DNA of 64,000 nt, from the NCBI GenBank assembly GCA_973851085.1, contig OZ316775.1:23002001-23066000 (forward strand), in the 5' to 3' direction. The notes below the pieces were generated by a model that had not been told where the DNA came from, did no database searches, and was given only the letters and a program-made list of their open reading frames with translations. Positions 16,364-29,949 of the stretch are shown piece after piece (the first letter of the stretch is position 1; each line of letters opens with the position of its first letter). This stretch comes from Ptychomitrium polyphyllum. Lineage: Eukaryota. The translations under genes were made by a program, and so were the position numbers.

Positions 16364-19300
16364 TCTACTTGTCAACGTCGTGGAATTAGTTTGGCCTTGT
16401 GCTTGTGGAGGTAAATGATTTTTGGTTCCGGCAGGCATGTTTAATACATCCGTTAGGGAGACTGCTTCTGTCTCACTTGGTGAGAGTGGCAAATTAAAGG
16501 GTATTTAAACAAAGCATCTTATATTGTGATAGTTGTGACTGCTTTTCTCCCATTTAGAAGGGAAGCTTATATGCAGGGACTTTACTAAGGTCTCGTTAGC
16601 ACGAGTTATGTATTGCCTGTTAACTTTGTAGTCGGGGAATCCATCTTGGCAGCAAATTGGGCTCACGAATAGATGTAGGTCACCATCCGCTTTCCGGAAA
16701 GGTTCTTTTTGGCGATTCACTCTTTTCATGTGTTTGTGTACCTCAATTCACATTTTATGCTTTTTACTTTTAATCTAGTGTTACAGTAGTTCGTGTTATG
16801 TTCATAGGCGTTTGATAAGCAACCTGTTGGTAATTCTTCTTGTTTAATGGCATCTGTCATGCACGTGATATTATTTAAGAGGTCGTGAATGCCAGTTGTG
16901 GCTGAATATGCTCAGTGGGAATGGAATATTCCGGTATCTACTTACTAACTAAGAATTAACAATAGCTGCTTGAGCCAGTCTGCCAGTAGTTATGAATAGC
17001 TACTTATGTGTGCTAATAGACCCAAGTATTGACGTTCTTAGGTATTTGAAAAAATTTCCTCTTTAAAGCGAAATTTATAGGTGTCACGTATTTAAGAGGA
17101 CACTGGAGTTGAGCCTTGCAGAGGTGGACTGGTTTGTGCTTGTAGGTGATGCTGCTGTTGATAGCAAACTCTATGAAAAGATTTCAGCTGAGTGTCAACA
17201 GGCACTAAGCACTTAATGAAGACAACAAAATGATGCTGACCAGTCTTTGTATGATCTTGAGGAAGTTGAGCAGGAGGTGTTTGAAGAACCTGATAAAGTG
17301 CCACCATTACTTGAAGACACTTCCCTATACACATGTTCCAAGTAGATGCAAACGATCTGGAGTATGAAGTATGAAGATGGTTTGATTGCTACAGGTGCTA
17401 TTTGGTTTGATCAAATACCTAAGGTGACTAGTATTGGAATATGTGGTTGGCATGGCACATTGAAATTTTGTCATGTGATTGTCTGAACTTACTGCACCCT
17501 AGTACAGGGTACCTGTGCAGACATTCAGTTGACTCATCAATATGGTAAAGGAATGGATTGCTCATGATTCAACTGACAGACCGGTCGTTCTAGTGAAAGA
17601 CCGGTCGTTCAAATGAAATCATTTGGCGTATGCTGCTTGTCCAGTGAATTCGTCAACATGTAAAATGATAGTTTGCAAGTAACACAGCAGAGGTTTCTTT
17701 TTCCGTTTCTGGTACAATTGAAAGTAACTTTCTTTGCAGATAAGAGTTACAAGCTCCCGCTCGTCATGGTGCTGTCCCTCCCAGAGGCGAGTGATTCAGG
17801 GGACTGTGTTGCAGGTAATAGTCCCCAGGTAACAGGGAAGTCCAAGAAGGAAATTGGAAAGTTGTTCCTCAATTTGGCAGTGGTTCGTTTGTCAATTGCT
17901 AAAACTTGAAACTTAGTTTCCAGTTGTCCTTTTGCCGAGGGTCATCTTTCTTTTGGGGAGATTGTTTTGAGTCTTTTCAGATGGAAAACTACTTTCATTT
18001 GTGCTAACAAGAACTTAAAAGTTACGCTGAGACATTTTCTGGTAACTTCGTCTTAAACGCCAGATTTTTAGACTACGATTGACACTTGCTTTATATTTTC
18101 AGGATTGGTGTGTAATCCTAACATTTTTCGGGAATCGAAGTAAGTCACGTCACCTTTAAAAAGTAGAAACTTAAGAATATGTGATGACATGTGACATTGA
18201 ATGCATGAAAGACATGAGTCTAATTTACATGAAAGGCATGACTCTATTTTGATAATTCCTCAACTCTCAATCTAAAATTGAACAAGGTTTTGGTGATGGA
18301 ATTATCTGTATTGAAAGAGGTGTCCAGAGATTGTATTTGTTTCTTTTCCCTAACCCTTTTTCAGTTAACCTCGTCTTAATGCAGTTGAGCTTCCTTCTGA
18401 TGCTATATTCACCATAGAATGTACTGAGACCAATAATATCGCCTGAGGGACAATGAGTTACGCATGAACTTCTGGCATGACGGGCCACGCTGCCAATCCT
18501 GTTACGCTAGCCTGACTTCATATACAGTCCTTCGGACTGGTAAAGTACGAGCGATAACCATTCCCTCAAATATCCAGAAAGTAAGATCTTAGAGCTTCGT
18601 GAATGGTGATGCTTTCTGACATCTCTGTAATTGAGCAAAGCTGCAATTTTATAGCGATCGCCCCAGAGAGTTCAATAATGCTCATAAGGCAACAATGAAC
18701 TTTGAAGAGCGGGTCTGCTGACTGTTCCGTTACAGTTACAGTTAGCTTATATAAGTCAGTTAGCTACAGTTCGGTAGCAGGATATCTATAAGGTAGAACA
18801 GCCTTCGTGTGTATTACTATCAACAACCAAGCTCTTGTCACTTATGATGATGAATTATAATTAGGTGTAAATGGGATCATGGAGTAGTAGTAGTGGGAAA
18901 AAAAATTAATTCATATTACTTTAGAAAGAAGAATATCTGGTGGATTTAGGCTAGAATTTGGAAAATACGTATTTACTAAGTGGTGGTTCCCAATTGTTAT
19001 TTCAACGATTAAAGAATCTTTGTAAAAAGTTACATTTTTTTCTTTACAATAATTATTATTTCTTTGTGGATAGAAAATAAAATATAAAATCCAATGCTAT
19101 TGAATATGTATTCTGCAAAGGGTATTTTTACAAAGAAAGTAATGATTATTATTTCAATGATTAATGAATCTTAGCAAAAATATCTTTTGAAAAAAACAGA
19201 TTTAATGACATTGAATTAAAAAATGTTGAAATTTATAATTTTTTTGGAAAGAAGGTATTTCTTTTTGCAATATATATGGATTGTACCTTCTTATGTCAAG

Positions 19301-20298
19301 TGAATTTTTTGTAAAATTTTATAATATTATTCTAATTCTTGCATATTGTGAAGCACATGAATGTGTTTTTATTAAAATTAAAAAGTTCTCAATAAGGAAA
19401 TTTGTACATTGATAATTTAATACATTTTAAATCAATGGTATGAAAAATATCATATTTCAAACTACATTTATTCTAAGGATATTTGGAAAATTTGAAAGCT
19501 TATACAATTCCAAATCATCTCTTAAAATTTACATTATAGGAAAACCTCCTTGGTTGAGCTAACAATACATGACATACTATTAGAACAAAAAATAAAGACA
19601 ATTAAACCTTTACAAGTTATTTACGTTTTAGCAAAGTTAGGATCAATTTACATATAAAACCATGGCCTATTTTATACCATATAATTGATGAAGTTGATCC
19701 TCAATAATGAAGGCTAAGGATCTTTTTGTGTTTTTCTTTAATAAACATGCACAATTAATACTTGAATAAATTAAATTTACTATATTCACATTAAGCATTT
19801 AAACAAAGGCACTTTTTCTTCAAAAATAAAGATGTAGTACAAATAATAATTACCATATACAACAAATTGAATACTACAATCATTATTGAACTTGCAATAA
19901 GCAAAACCAATTAAAAATGCATAGCGTATAAATTTTGTAGTATTTCTTATAGCCAACTATAAAGCATTACAAAACATCTAGGATTGCAATTGCATCTACC
20001 TGAAGTTGAATGCCATGATGATATTCTAATAATCAAATAAGCCAATTAAATTAGGAAAGATGTGATTAGATGATTTATAGGCTAGGTGCAATATAAATTC
20101 CATCCTTAATTGATTTTGATAATTTTTGATATATATCATTGATTGCATAGTAGTATAGTGGCCACCTATTCTTTTTGCTACACAAAATAAGGAAGGCTAG
20201 CAAGTCTAATGGCTTGCTAAAAATCGAGAGTACCATCAATTAGAAGATGGCATGGAATACAATTTTTGGAATAATCTTGACACTCTTGTTCATCCTTG

Positions 20299-20657
20299 GG
20301 TCACGGACAAACATATTAGAAGCATCTAAAAAAATTCTTAGAAGGTTTAGAAAGCATCCAAGGAAGTAGCCTTGACTTAGGAAGCTTTTAAGGAAATAAT
20401 TTATGATTACTTGAGTATAAAGAAATGTAGTAGAAACTTTGTAAGAAGCTTCTAAGGTTTATAATTTTAAATTATATAGGAGTCGAGGCTGAAGAGATCT
20501 TCAGTCTCAACAACGCATTTTTTGATGTCTAGCTCAGACTTTCTAGCCTTGTCTTTATATCTTGTTATAGCTCTTTACTTCTACTATACCTTAGACATAT
20601 CTTGTTCTACATCATAGAATTTTGAAGCCTTGTCTTATAGTTACTCTGTTTGTAACA
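20299..20657 (+). repeat. E1 5' LTR
   Basis: (G)GTCACGGAC...GTAACA; aligns with 27738-28128; TATA box at 20473. Confidence 0.9.
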
Positions 20658-21922
20658 GTTTATCGAAACTGTCATATAATAATATCAGAGCTTGGTCTTT
20701 TTTGATAGAAAGCAGATCACCCCTCTTTTTTGAAAACACTACATCACTCTAGGAGGTTGCAAATTACCCTCCTCTAGACTGATATTGCTTCTTGAATTTT
20801 CTTTGGTTTCTTGCGTCTTTAATAATTTTTATCTGTTTGTATTTCATTTTTATGTCAAGAGATAAAGAAGCCAATATGATTGATTTAAAAGAACTAAGTT
20901 AGATTCCATTATCAATGCCTTTGAAGCATTCATGATCAAAACTGAGACTTTATCTAAGCAAAATAAAGAGTTGTACATAACCATACATAATAATCAAGGA
21001 GCAAAAGCATTGTAGTTGCTATCCCAAGTCAACTTAGGTGCTTAACCATCTAGACTTGATTTAGTAGAAGACGCGCAAGTTCAAGCCGGTAATACAATGT
21101 CAACAGCCAAAGAACCAAGAATCAACCTTTTGGAGAAGTTTGATGGTACGTGTTTAAAATTTTGAGGCTTTGTAAACCAAATTCAATTTATTACCTTACT
21201 TCAACCTCAATGGTATACTATGGACACTTTGCGCGTTGGTTTGCTAGAAACATTGCTCTTAGGACAAGCATTTCTTTGGTTTGCATTACTTTTTGAGAAG
21301 AATTCTCCTATATTTGGTAACTTTGATGCGTTCCTAGCCGCATTTGCAGAAGCATTTGATGACCATAACAAGCTCCGCTCTGCAACTACTAAGATTTGTT
21401 TGTTGCGTCAAGGGCCACGTTCCATGTCAATTTCTACATCAGAATTTTGACAACTTGTATGAAACATTAATTGGGAGAAGAAGCGTTGATGAGTTAATTT
21501 CATTGGAATGTATGCAACAAGGTTAAGAATTTATTGCTATCTATGCAAGACTTCCAAACACTTGATGAGGCCATCAGTTAAGCTTTGAAGTGCAATAATT
21601 GTCTATTTCAGCGTTGACAAGATAAACAAACTTTGATTTCGCCTTGACCATATATTCACTTTCAATAACTTTGGCCCTGTTTACTCCCAATAAGTATTTG
21701 GAAACATCAGCCATGCAAATTGATGCGGTTGGCTTTAAGTTCCTTACCAAACATGAGAAAAAATTACAAAGAAAGTAAGGATTGTGTTTGTATTGTTGAA
21801 AATATGGCTACAAAATTGATAAGTGCCCAGAGAAGCCTCTGCTTACATATCAGATGAGAGGTATGACCATGACGTTGAATGCATTGCAAAAAATAAGAAT
21901 GTCTAGCCATAATAAGAACCAT

Positions 21923-23531
21923 TGTCATAATATATTCAGCTGTATAGTTTAACAGTTAAGTAGTATTTATTATTTTGTGGAATCTAAATTATTGTATTTG
22001 AAAAGAGTGTTAGGAAAAATAAATAATTGAATTAAAAAAAGGGCATGGTGAAACCACAATTTTATTTATTTTGGAAGTAGAACCGTATCTTGTTTTAGCT
22101 CAGGATGAATAAGCCGATTAATTGTTGTATTTTCTTGCCTGCCATTTTTGCTAGCAGTACCAAGTCAAGTGCTACCGTTTTACTCAACAAATTTGACAAG
22201 AATCAAAATCAAACCAATTGAGCAGCTGTAACTTATCCAATCAACTAAGTCCATAACCAGGTGCCTGATCCTACCTCAACAATGATATTATTCTTAACTT
22301 GTTTTTTTGTTAAACTTCAATCATTTTTTTACTTTATTTTCTTTATTTATTTTTTTAGTTCCTATGTTAGATTTGTAAGGGTTGTTTTTGTATTTTTTTG
22401 TAATTTGAACCTAAAAGTTAAAACTAAAGGAAGAAAAGAATAAAAAAACAAAAAAAAAAGATTTGGATTGTTTTTTATTTGGAAATATGGTTAGATAAAG
22501 GCTTGAAAAAGGAACATTAGGGCTAATGTGGAGAGATAAAGCTGATGTGGAGTAATAAAAGGCTGATGTGGAGGTGTAACCATTGCCTTCTTCTTCTCTC
22601 TCGGCCTCTCCCACTTGAATAAGAAGGCAGCCTTGCTTTAAGTGACATTTCATTGTACACTTCTTAATTTGAGTTGATTTTTATCAGATTTTTTTTCTTC
22701 TCTTGTGAGCTTTTCAAAAAGTCATCACACACTCCTTTTGGAGTTAGTATGTGGCAATGGCACTAGTTTGAATAAAATCTAGTGAGCTGCCTTGAGTTTT
22801 TGAAAGTAGCTATTTTGAATGCTTGTAACTTTTTGTAGAAATGATTTTTATTAATAAAATTTGTAAAATAGTTGTTTGACTACTTTTAAATGACGGTATA
22901 GAAATTTCAAAAGTACTGAATTCTTATAATAGGAGATATAAGGAAAAATGCAATTGGGATTTGAAGGCAGTACATAGTAGAGCTTGAAGGTACATGTTCT
23001 GAACCATTGAAGATGATTGGAGGGACTTCTAAGGTTGAAATTTTGATAAAATATTTATTGTAAGATATTTAGTATGTGAATAAAGTTTGAAGTTTAGGTT
23101 TATTGTAGAAAAGAAGTTATAGAATTATAAAGTAAGGAAGGGGGGATTTAGGAGCTATGACAAAAAGAATGAAACTTTTGAAGACGTGGTTCTTAACAAC
23201 CACTTGGATTGTAAATAAGAGATATTGAGGGTTGTATGTAGAGAGCCTTGTGCTTGTGTCATTAAAATCTTAAGAACATAGGTCTTTTGAGCTTGAAGAT
23301 ATAGGAGAATATGTATATCAGATTTAAAAAAAAGAAGTAGAATTGTTGATAATGACTTGGGTTATTTTTAAGCCGGAGAAAGGAAGAGTTTGAAAGTAGA
23401 AAGTAAAAATGTAGATATAGCTAATAAGTATTTGAAAGTTGTAGTTTATATTATAAAAAAAAAACTTGTACTTGATTAACTAGGTGCAAAGAGATCTAGT
23501 GTTTCATATAGCAACCACTATTTTTAGAACA
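21923..23531. mobile_element. ~1.6-kb non-coding insertion (probable solo LTR of another family) at the E1 gag-pol junction
   Basis: TGT...ACA ends; flanks (A)CCAT / (A)CCGT (imperfect TSD). Removing it restores a junction resembling the E2 gag-pol junction (GGACCATGCAATTGG). Confidence 0.65.
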
Positions 23532-24859
23532 CCGTGCGACCAAATCTGCTTCTTTTGCAAGAAAAATAAGATCTTGTCTTATCTGCTCACCTTTCCTCTT
23601 ATTTCATTATATTTGTTTGTTTAGATATTCAGCGGCTTAAAATCCTTGCTCTAATAGAGTCAAGAGCCTTTATTGACAAAGAATTTTGAAAATTAATAAA
23701 TTTTCTTTTATCAGGAAATTCAAACCTGTCCATGTAGAGCTTATAGATGGTCGACCGTTATCTTCTAGAGATATTATTTATGAGATCTATCCATTAACAG
23801 TAACATTAGATAATTATAATAGCCAAATGATATATTATATCATTAGGTCTTTGTCAAGTTCCATCATTCTAGGGCTTTCTTGGCTCAAAAAATACAACCC
23901 GTAGATAGATTGGACATCCTGCAAAATAGAAGTTCCATCATTTGAACTTGTAATTACTAAGCCTATGGAGGAAGCTAAAGTTTCTTATAAATCTAAGAAC
24001 ATGAAGCCTCCTTTTTTTGGAATTAGAGTATTTATGAGAGCAGCAAAGACTGGTGCTTCTTTTGCTATGTATGCAACCCCAACGTCGAAAGTTGTGGCTT
24101 CATCTTCAACCATTTTAGAAAAGTATAACAAATTCAACGATGTATTTGAAAAGAAGAATGCAGATGCCCTATTAGAACATTGTGCCTACGACTGTGCCAT
24201 AGACCTCCAAGACGGCGCTCAGCCACCATTTGAATCTATTTATAATTTATTCCAAAACTAGCTTTCATCACTAAGGGAGTATATTAATGAAAACTTAGCC
24301 AAGAATTTCATTTGACATTCAAAGTTTCTTGTTGGTGGTCCAATACTTTTTGTAGAGAAGAAATATGGATTTTTACAAATGTGTGTTAATTATCGCAGCC
24401 TCAATAAAATGATGGTGAAGAACCGGTATCCATTGCCGCTGATTTCTAGACTTCTTGATCAACTTGGTCAAGCAAAGATCTATACCAAAATATAACTGCG
24501 AAGAGCTCACAATTTTGTGTGCATAAAAAAGGGAGATGAATAGAAGACGGCTTTTCAAACAAGGTATGGACATTTGAATACAATGTCATACCTTTAAGAC
24601 TTATCAATACACCGGCCATTTTTAAGCACTTGATAAATAACATATTTTGGAAGTACCTCAACGATTTTGTTGTATGCTATTTAGATAATATCTTGATCTA
24701 TTCAAAGAATCCAAAAAAACATAAACAACATATCCGCATAGTCCTTCAAAAGCTACAAGATGCCAATTTATATGCCAAGTTGGTGAAATGTGTATTCCAT
24801 GAACCTCAAGTAGAAATCTTTGAATATATCATCTCCAATAAAGAAGTATTAATGGATCT

Positions 24860-25267
24860 TGTTGGAGATTAGAGTTGCTCGTAGTATTTATGGTGGTGTA
24901 AATAATATCATTTTGTGGTAGATATAGAAGGAGAGAAAATGGGGAGAAAAGGGGGAAAGGTGAAAGCCACTTAAGAGGTACATATATGGTACACGGTGAA
25001 CGTGGTAGGACCAACCCACATGTCTTGCATGGGAAGGCAAGGACAAGTGGGTGTATGAGTTGGCATAAAGAAACTTGCAAGTGGCTTTGGAAAGCTACTT
25101 GCAAGATACTTGAGAAGGACCTTAAAAGGTGCTTGAGACATCATTACATGGTAGTATAAGTAAAGGCCTTTGAGAGAAGGCAATATCTTACTCCAAGCAT
25201 TGTTTGTACTACTTTGTGTGGTTCTATGCTTGTGCAATCTTCTTCTTTACTTTTAGTGACTTCAATA
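24860..25267. mobile_element. 408-bp solo LTR inserted in E1 RT
   Basis: TGTTG...CAATA ends (decayed CAACA); perfect TSD GATCT at 24855-24859 and 25268-25272; interrupts the MDxKK RT motif. Confidence 0.85.
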
Positions 25268-27737
25268 GATCTAAAGAAATTTCAAGCATTTTGCAGTTGA
25301 ATGAGGCCAAAGTTGGTAGGTGATGTCCAATGTTTTCTTGAGTTTGTAAACTTCTATAGAATCTTCATTAAGGACTATTCTTGAACAACTACACCAATCA
25401 CGCAACTAACATGCTAAAAAAAGCTTAAATGGAGATTCAATATTAAGGATGCATTCTAAAGTTTAATGTAAACCTTGACCACAATTTCTATTTTGGTCCC
25501 TTTGGAGTTTTCAAAGCAATTTTATCTTGAAACAAATACTTCCAACTTTGCACTAGGAGCAGTTTTGTTAGAAAGTCCAGGAGAAGGGAGACTCCATCTG
25601 ATTGCATTCCATTCCAAAAAAAATTTAGTTGTAGAAATCAACTATAAGATACATGACAAGGAACGCCTTGCAGTTGTGGATTCCTTCCAAGAATGGCGTC
25701 ACTGGTTTGATATTTGCTGTGCATCTAATTATTATATATAAAAACCACAAGAACTTGGAATATTTCATGTCAGCTCGTGTTTTGAATCACCGGTAAGCTC
25801 GTTGTAGTATTTCTCTATATTGATTTGATTTTTACATTACATATTGGCCCGGAAAATAGCAAGGATTATTAAAAGCTTTGTCAAGGCGATCATATCTTGG
25901 GCCAAAGGAGAGAGGCAGTACTTGATCAATAACAAGCAACTTTGTTGAAATTTGAACGATTTTGTGTATGCACAAGTACCATTAAAAACTCTGGTAGATT
26001 CACTGTTCTTTGATTAAGTTCATGCAATATCTACCAATGATCCTTTTATTCTTAATATCAAGGGTCATTCAAACAACCTCTCCAAAAACATGTTTAAGTT
26101 CAAATTTGAGGACAACCTTCTGAACTTTAAAGAACATCTATATATTCTTGAAAGACAAGTTTGGCTTTTTGTACTTCAAACTTGTCATGATTTTTGTGCG
26201 GCACGACGTTTTGGATTCAATAAAAGACTAGAACTCCTCTCTCTTGACTTTTGGTGGCTTCAAATGTCGAAGGGCGTCAAGAAATTTGTACTCTCGTCTG
26301 ATACGTGTTCTTAGTCCAAGAACCCTTGACATTGTCCATATGGACTTCTTCAATCATTGCTTATTTCAAGGCAACCGTGGTTGTCTATTTCTATGGATTT
26401 CATTATAGATCTTCCACCATCAAATTCTTTTGATACCATCTTTGTTGTCGTAGACTGGTTGACGAAGATGGCATATTTTGTACCTTGCAAGAAGACAATT
26501 ACGAATGAAGAGACTGCCATACTTTTTATAGATAATGTCTACCGCTATCATGGATTACCCAAAAATTTTGTATTGGATCATGGGCCACAATTTGTATCAA
26601 GATTTTGGAAGTCACTCTTTAAAATCCTTAAGGTAAATACCAAACTTTCTTTTAACTACTATCCTTAGATTGATGGCCAAACAAAGTTAGTCAACCAAAT
26701 TTTGAAACAATATTTGAAATATACCATCAACTACTAATAAAATGAATGGACTTCTTACTTAACATTGGCTAAATTTGCTTACAACAACACTGCTCATGCT
26801 TCCATCCAACAAGAGCCATTATACTCCAATTATGGACATCATTCAAAGATGGATATGTTACAACCTTCATAATTTGAGAATCCAACAGCAGAGGAATTTG
26901 CCACAAGGATGGCAGAGCTTCAAACAATTATGAAGATTCAAGTAGAAAAAACTCAAGAACAATATAAAATGAAAGCAGATGCAACAAGGAAGGATCACCC
27001 TCCATTTCTAATTGATAAGAAGGTGTGGCTCTTTTGATGCAATAAAAGGACCAAGACGCCATGTGACAAGCTCGACTATTGCAAATTGGAACCATTTGTA
27101 ATAAAAAAACAAGTCAACCACGTGGCATATTGTTTGGAACTATCAACATCAATGAAGGTACATCTTGTCTTCCACGTTTCACTATTGAAAACTCATTAGC
27201 AAATATATCATTGATGAATGCACATGGGAGCCTGCTAATAATCTTGGCAATTCATAAGTAAAAGTTTGTGAGTTCCATCGACAACATGCATTCAAACCAA
27301 AAGTAGCAGCACAAGGAACAGTGGCTTAGTAAGGTTGTATAACCTTGAAGGCTCATGATGCTTGAGTTTTTAAGTAAGAGAGAAAGCAATTTCTGGATCA
27401 TAAGCCTTAGACATGATTTAGAAATTAATTGTTTTTATTTTGAAGTTTATCAAAATTCCTTGAGAATAGCTTGGTATATTAGATATGGACAATTAAGATG
27501 CATATATATAAACAATGTTTGAATGATGCTTTCACAACAAAGATATAGAAGTTCATGCTTGATTCCAAGTAGAAGGCGTTGGATATTATCAATGGTTACA
27601 AGGATCCATGAATCGTATGAATCATGAAAGGCAATTGGAGTATATTGCAGACACCATGTGATAAATTTTTGACTTCTTATGACTCTAAGCACTTGTTATA
27701 ACATGCTTAGAAACCTTGGAGCTAGAAGAAGAAGTGA

Positions 27738-28128
27738 TGTCATGGACATATATATAAGAAGCATCTTGAAAGGTTCTTAGCAGATTTAGGAAGCTTCCAA
27801 GGAAGTTATCTTTAGCTTAGGAAGCTACTAAGCAAGTTATTTTGATTTAGGAAGCTTTCCAAGAAATAACTCAAGGTTATTTGAGTACAAAATAATGTAC
27901 TAGAAGCTTCTCAAGAAACTTCTAAGGCTCGTAGTTCTAGTATATATAGGAGACGAGGCTGAAGGGATCTTCAATCTTAAAAAACGCATCACTTGTGGTT
28001 TAGCTTAGATCTTCTAGCCTTGTCTTTGTACTTTGTTATAGCTCTTTACCTCTAATGTACTTTAAACAGATTTTGTTTTACATTTCAGAATTTTGAAGCC
28101 TTGTCTTGTAGTTACTTTGTTCGTAACA
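27738..28128 (+). repeat. E1 3' LTR
   Basis: TGTCATGGAC...GTAACA preceded by purine tract AGAAGAAGAAGTGA and followed by TSD CCTTG. Confidence 0.9.
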
Positions 28129-28674
28129 CCTTGGGTTTAAGCAATAAAATACCATTGAGCAATACATCTTTCATGAAAAGAATTATCCATGTTGCCTTGA
28201 CATCCAAAGTAGTAAGCAGCTCTTGTTGCATGTACATATAATCTTCTTTGAAAAAGCTCTTTTATTGAAGTCAATAAGTAATGCTCTAAATATGAGCATG
28301 ATGCAATAAATAAATTATCCATAGCCATTTGCATAGCCCTCTTTAAGACATTTGCTTAATTATGTAGACGTCAAGTTCAAACATTAAAATTGTGAGATCC
28401 ACCATCAAAACCAGTTTTTCATGCGTTGAGCTAAGTAAACAAAGCTTCTGTCTAAATAAAAAATGATGAAGGTTGTAACATGCCAAAAATGATTGTTTGC
28501 TAAATCAATAGTCCATAGCAAGTTCATGGCAATACCAAGTTCTAATTAGAACGTTTTTATAAAGCAATATATACATTTATAAACCATGCTTTATCAAAAC
28601 AAGCTACTCATCCAAGCTTTTTAACTTGAAGTGCTATTTCAAGGTGGTGCAATGATTTATTAAGGCTTTAGTAC

Positions 28675-29051
28675 TATTACAAATGGAAATACAAGAAAGT
28701 GATTTCAGACAAAAAAATGGAATAACTAGACTATATTTTAAATACTAAGAATCATTGCAAGATGTAAAATCAAAAGATTTAAGCTAAACCATAAGAAATG
28801 TCTTGTTGAAATTGAAAACCCTTTAGCTTTGGCTCTTATTTATATTAAATTTTAAAAGTTTTTGGAAATTTTTCAAGAGGCTACCAATATGATGCTTTGT
28901 ATTTAAGCAACCTCAGATTGCTTCTTTAGAAGCTTCCTTAGCCAAGATAATTTATTTAAAATACTTTTTAGACCTCCTTGGACCTTTTAGAAACCTTCTT
29001 AGACCTTCTTAGTCATTTTTAGAAGCTTCCAATATATATATGTCTATAACA
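28675..29051 (-). mobile_element. Old solo LTR related to the E1 family
   Basis: Reverse complement aligns to the E1 LTR (AAGCTAAACCA..., TATA region, TGTTATAGACATATATA start); TSD AGTAC at 28670-28674 and 29052-29056. Confidence 0.8.
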
Positions 29052-29949
29052 AGTACAAGATTTTTTAAAAGAAAAAAAAATTCCCTTTATAAATCCATCT
29101 ATACCGCAATAAATTCAGCAAAATGTGCCAAAATACAATTAAAAAAAGCCATAGCTCACAACTCTGAAGGTATTAAAACTTGACCTAACGTGGTCATATA
29201 TCTTACATCAAAGAACATGTGAAACAAACTTATTGATATATGTTAGTCCACCAATTTTAATTGTGCAACATAGAATGTATTATGCAGATTTCCAAATGAC
29301 CAAGCTCCTACAGTACTTACAACGTATAAGAGACTCTATGATTTAGCTTAGAAATTATGCACCTACCTCTATCCGGCTAGACACAATATAATAAGCCATC
29401 TTAATAATGAAATTTAGCTACTTTATTTTGTTCCATGTCACAAATAGATAAAGAACATGCTTCTTTTTGAAGTTTTTGCAAGTTTGTAAGGTCTTCTTAT
29501 AGATTACCAAAAACTTGGGCTCTAATAAGTTTTCTTATTAGAGCCTAGATTAAGTGCCTTAGATTAAAATCTTTTTATTAAAATAAGGCATATAGTTGTA
29601 CAAGATTAATATCATATTCATTAAATTAAAACATTTGTGAATTTCAATGTATAATATTTTAAAGGCTCAAATTTTTAACATATTGACTTTGCAAGACTAA
29701 GAATTTATGGCTCAAGATGCGCATTTTATCTCAAAATAATGAATATGAACGTCACTTGGGAACTACTTTCTTTTTGCAATCTCCATGCCTTTTGGCTAAA
29801 GCTAAGTCTTTGTTTAAAAAACTTAGATTGCAAAAAGATTTGTGTCAAAGTTTATGTAAGTCCTATTACACTTTAATCTATATGCAATGAAAAGGTTCAA
29901 TAACATTTGAATGTCAAAGCATTGGGATTGAACCTAGCCTTTGCTTTAA

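Larger units (their letters stand above)
20299..28128 (+). mobile_element. E1: full-length, decayed Ty3/Gypsy chromovirus (Tcn1-like) LTR retrotransposon
   Basis: Homologous LTRs 20299-20657 and 27738-28128; TSD CCTTG at 20294-20298 and 28129-28133; PPT 27724-27737; gag remnants ~20880-21906 and pol remnants (AP, RT YLDN, RNase H, IN, partial chromodomain TWEP) ~23560-27300 with many stops and frameshifts. Confidence 0.92.

Noticed and set aside
20681..20691. AATATCAGAGC resembling a Met-tRNA PBS in E1
   Set aside because: Lies 23 nt from the LTR end fixed by the 3' LTR and TSD, lacks TGG, and has no counterpart in E2
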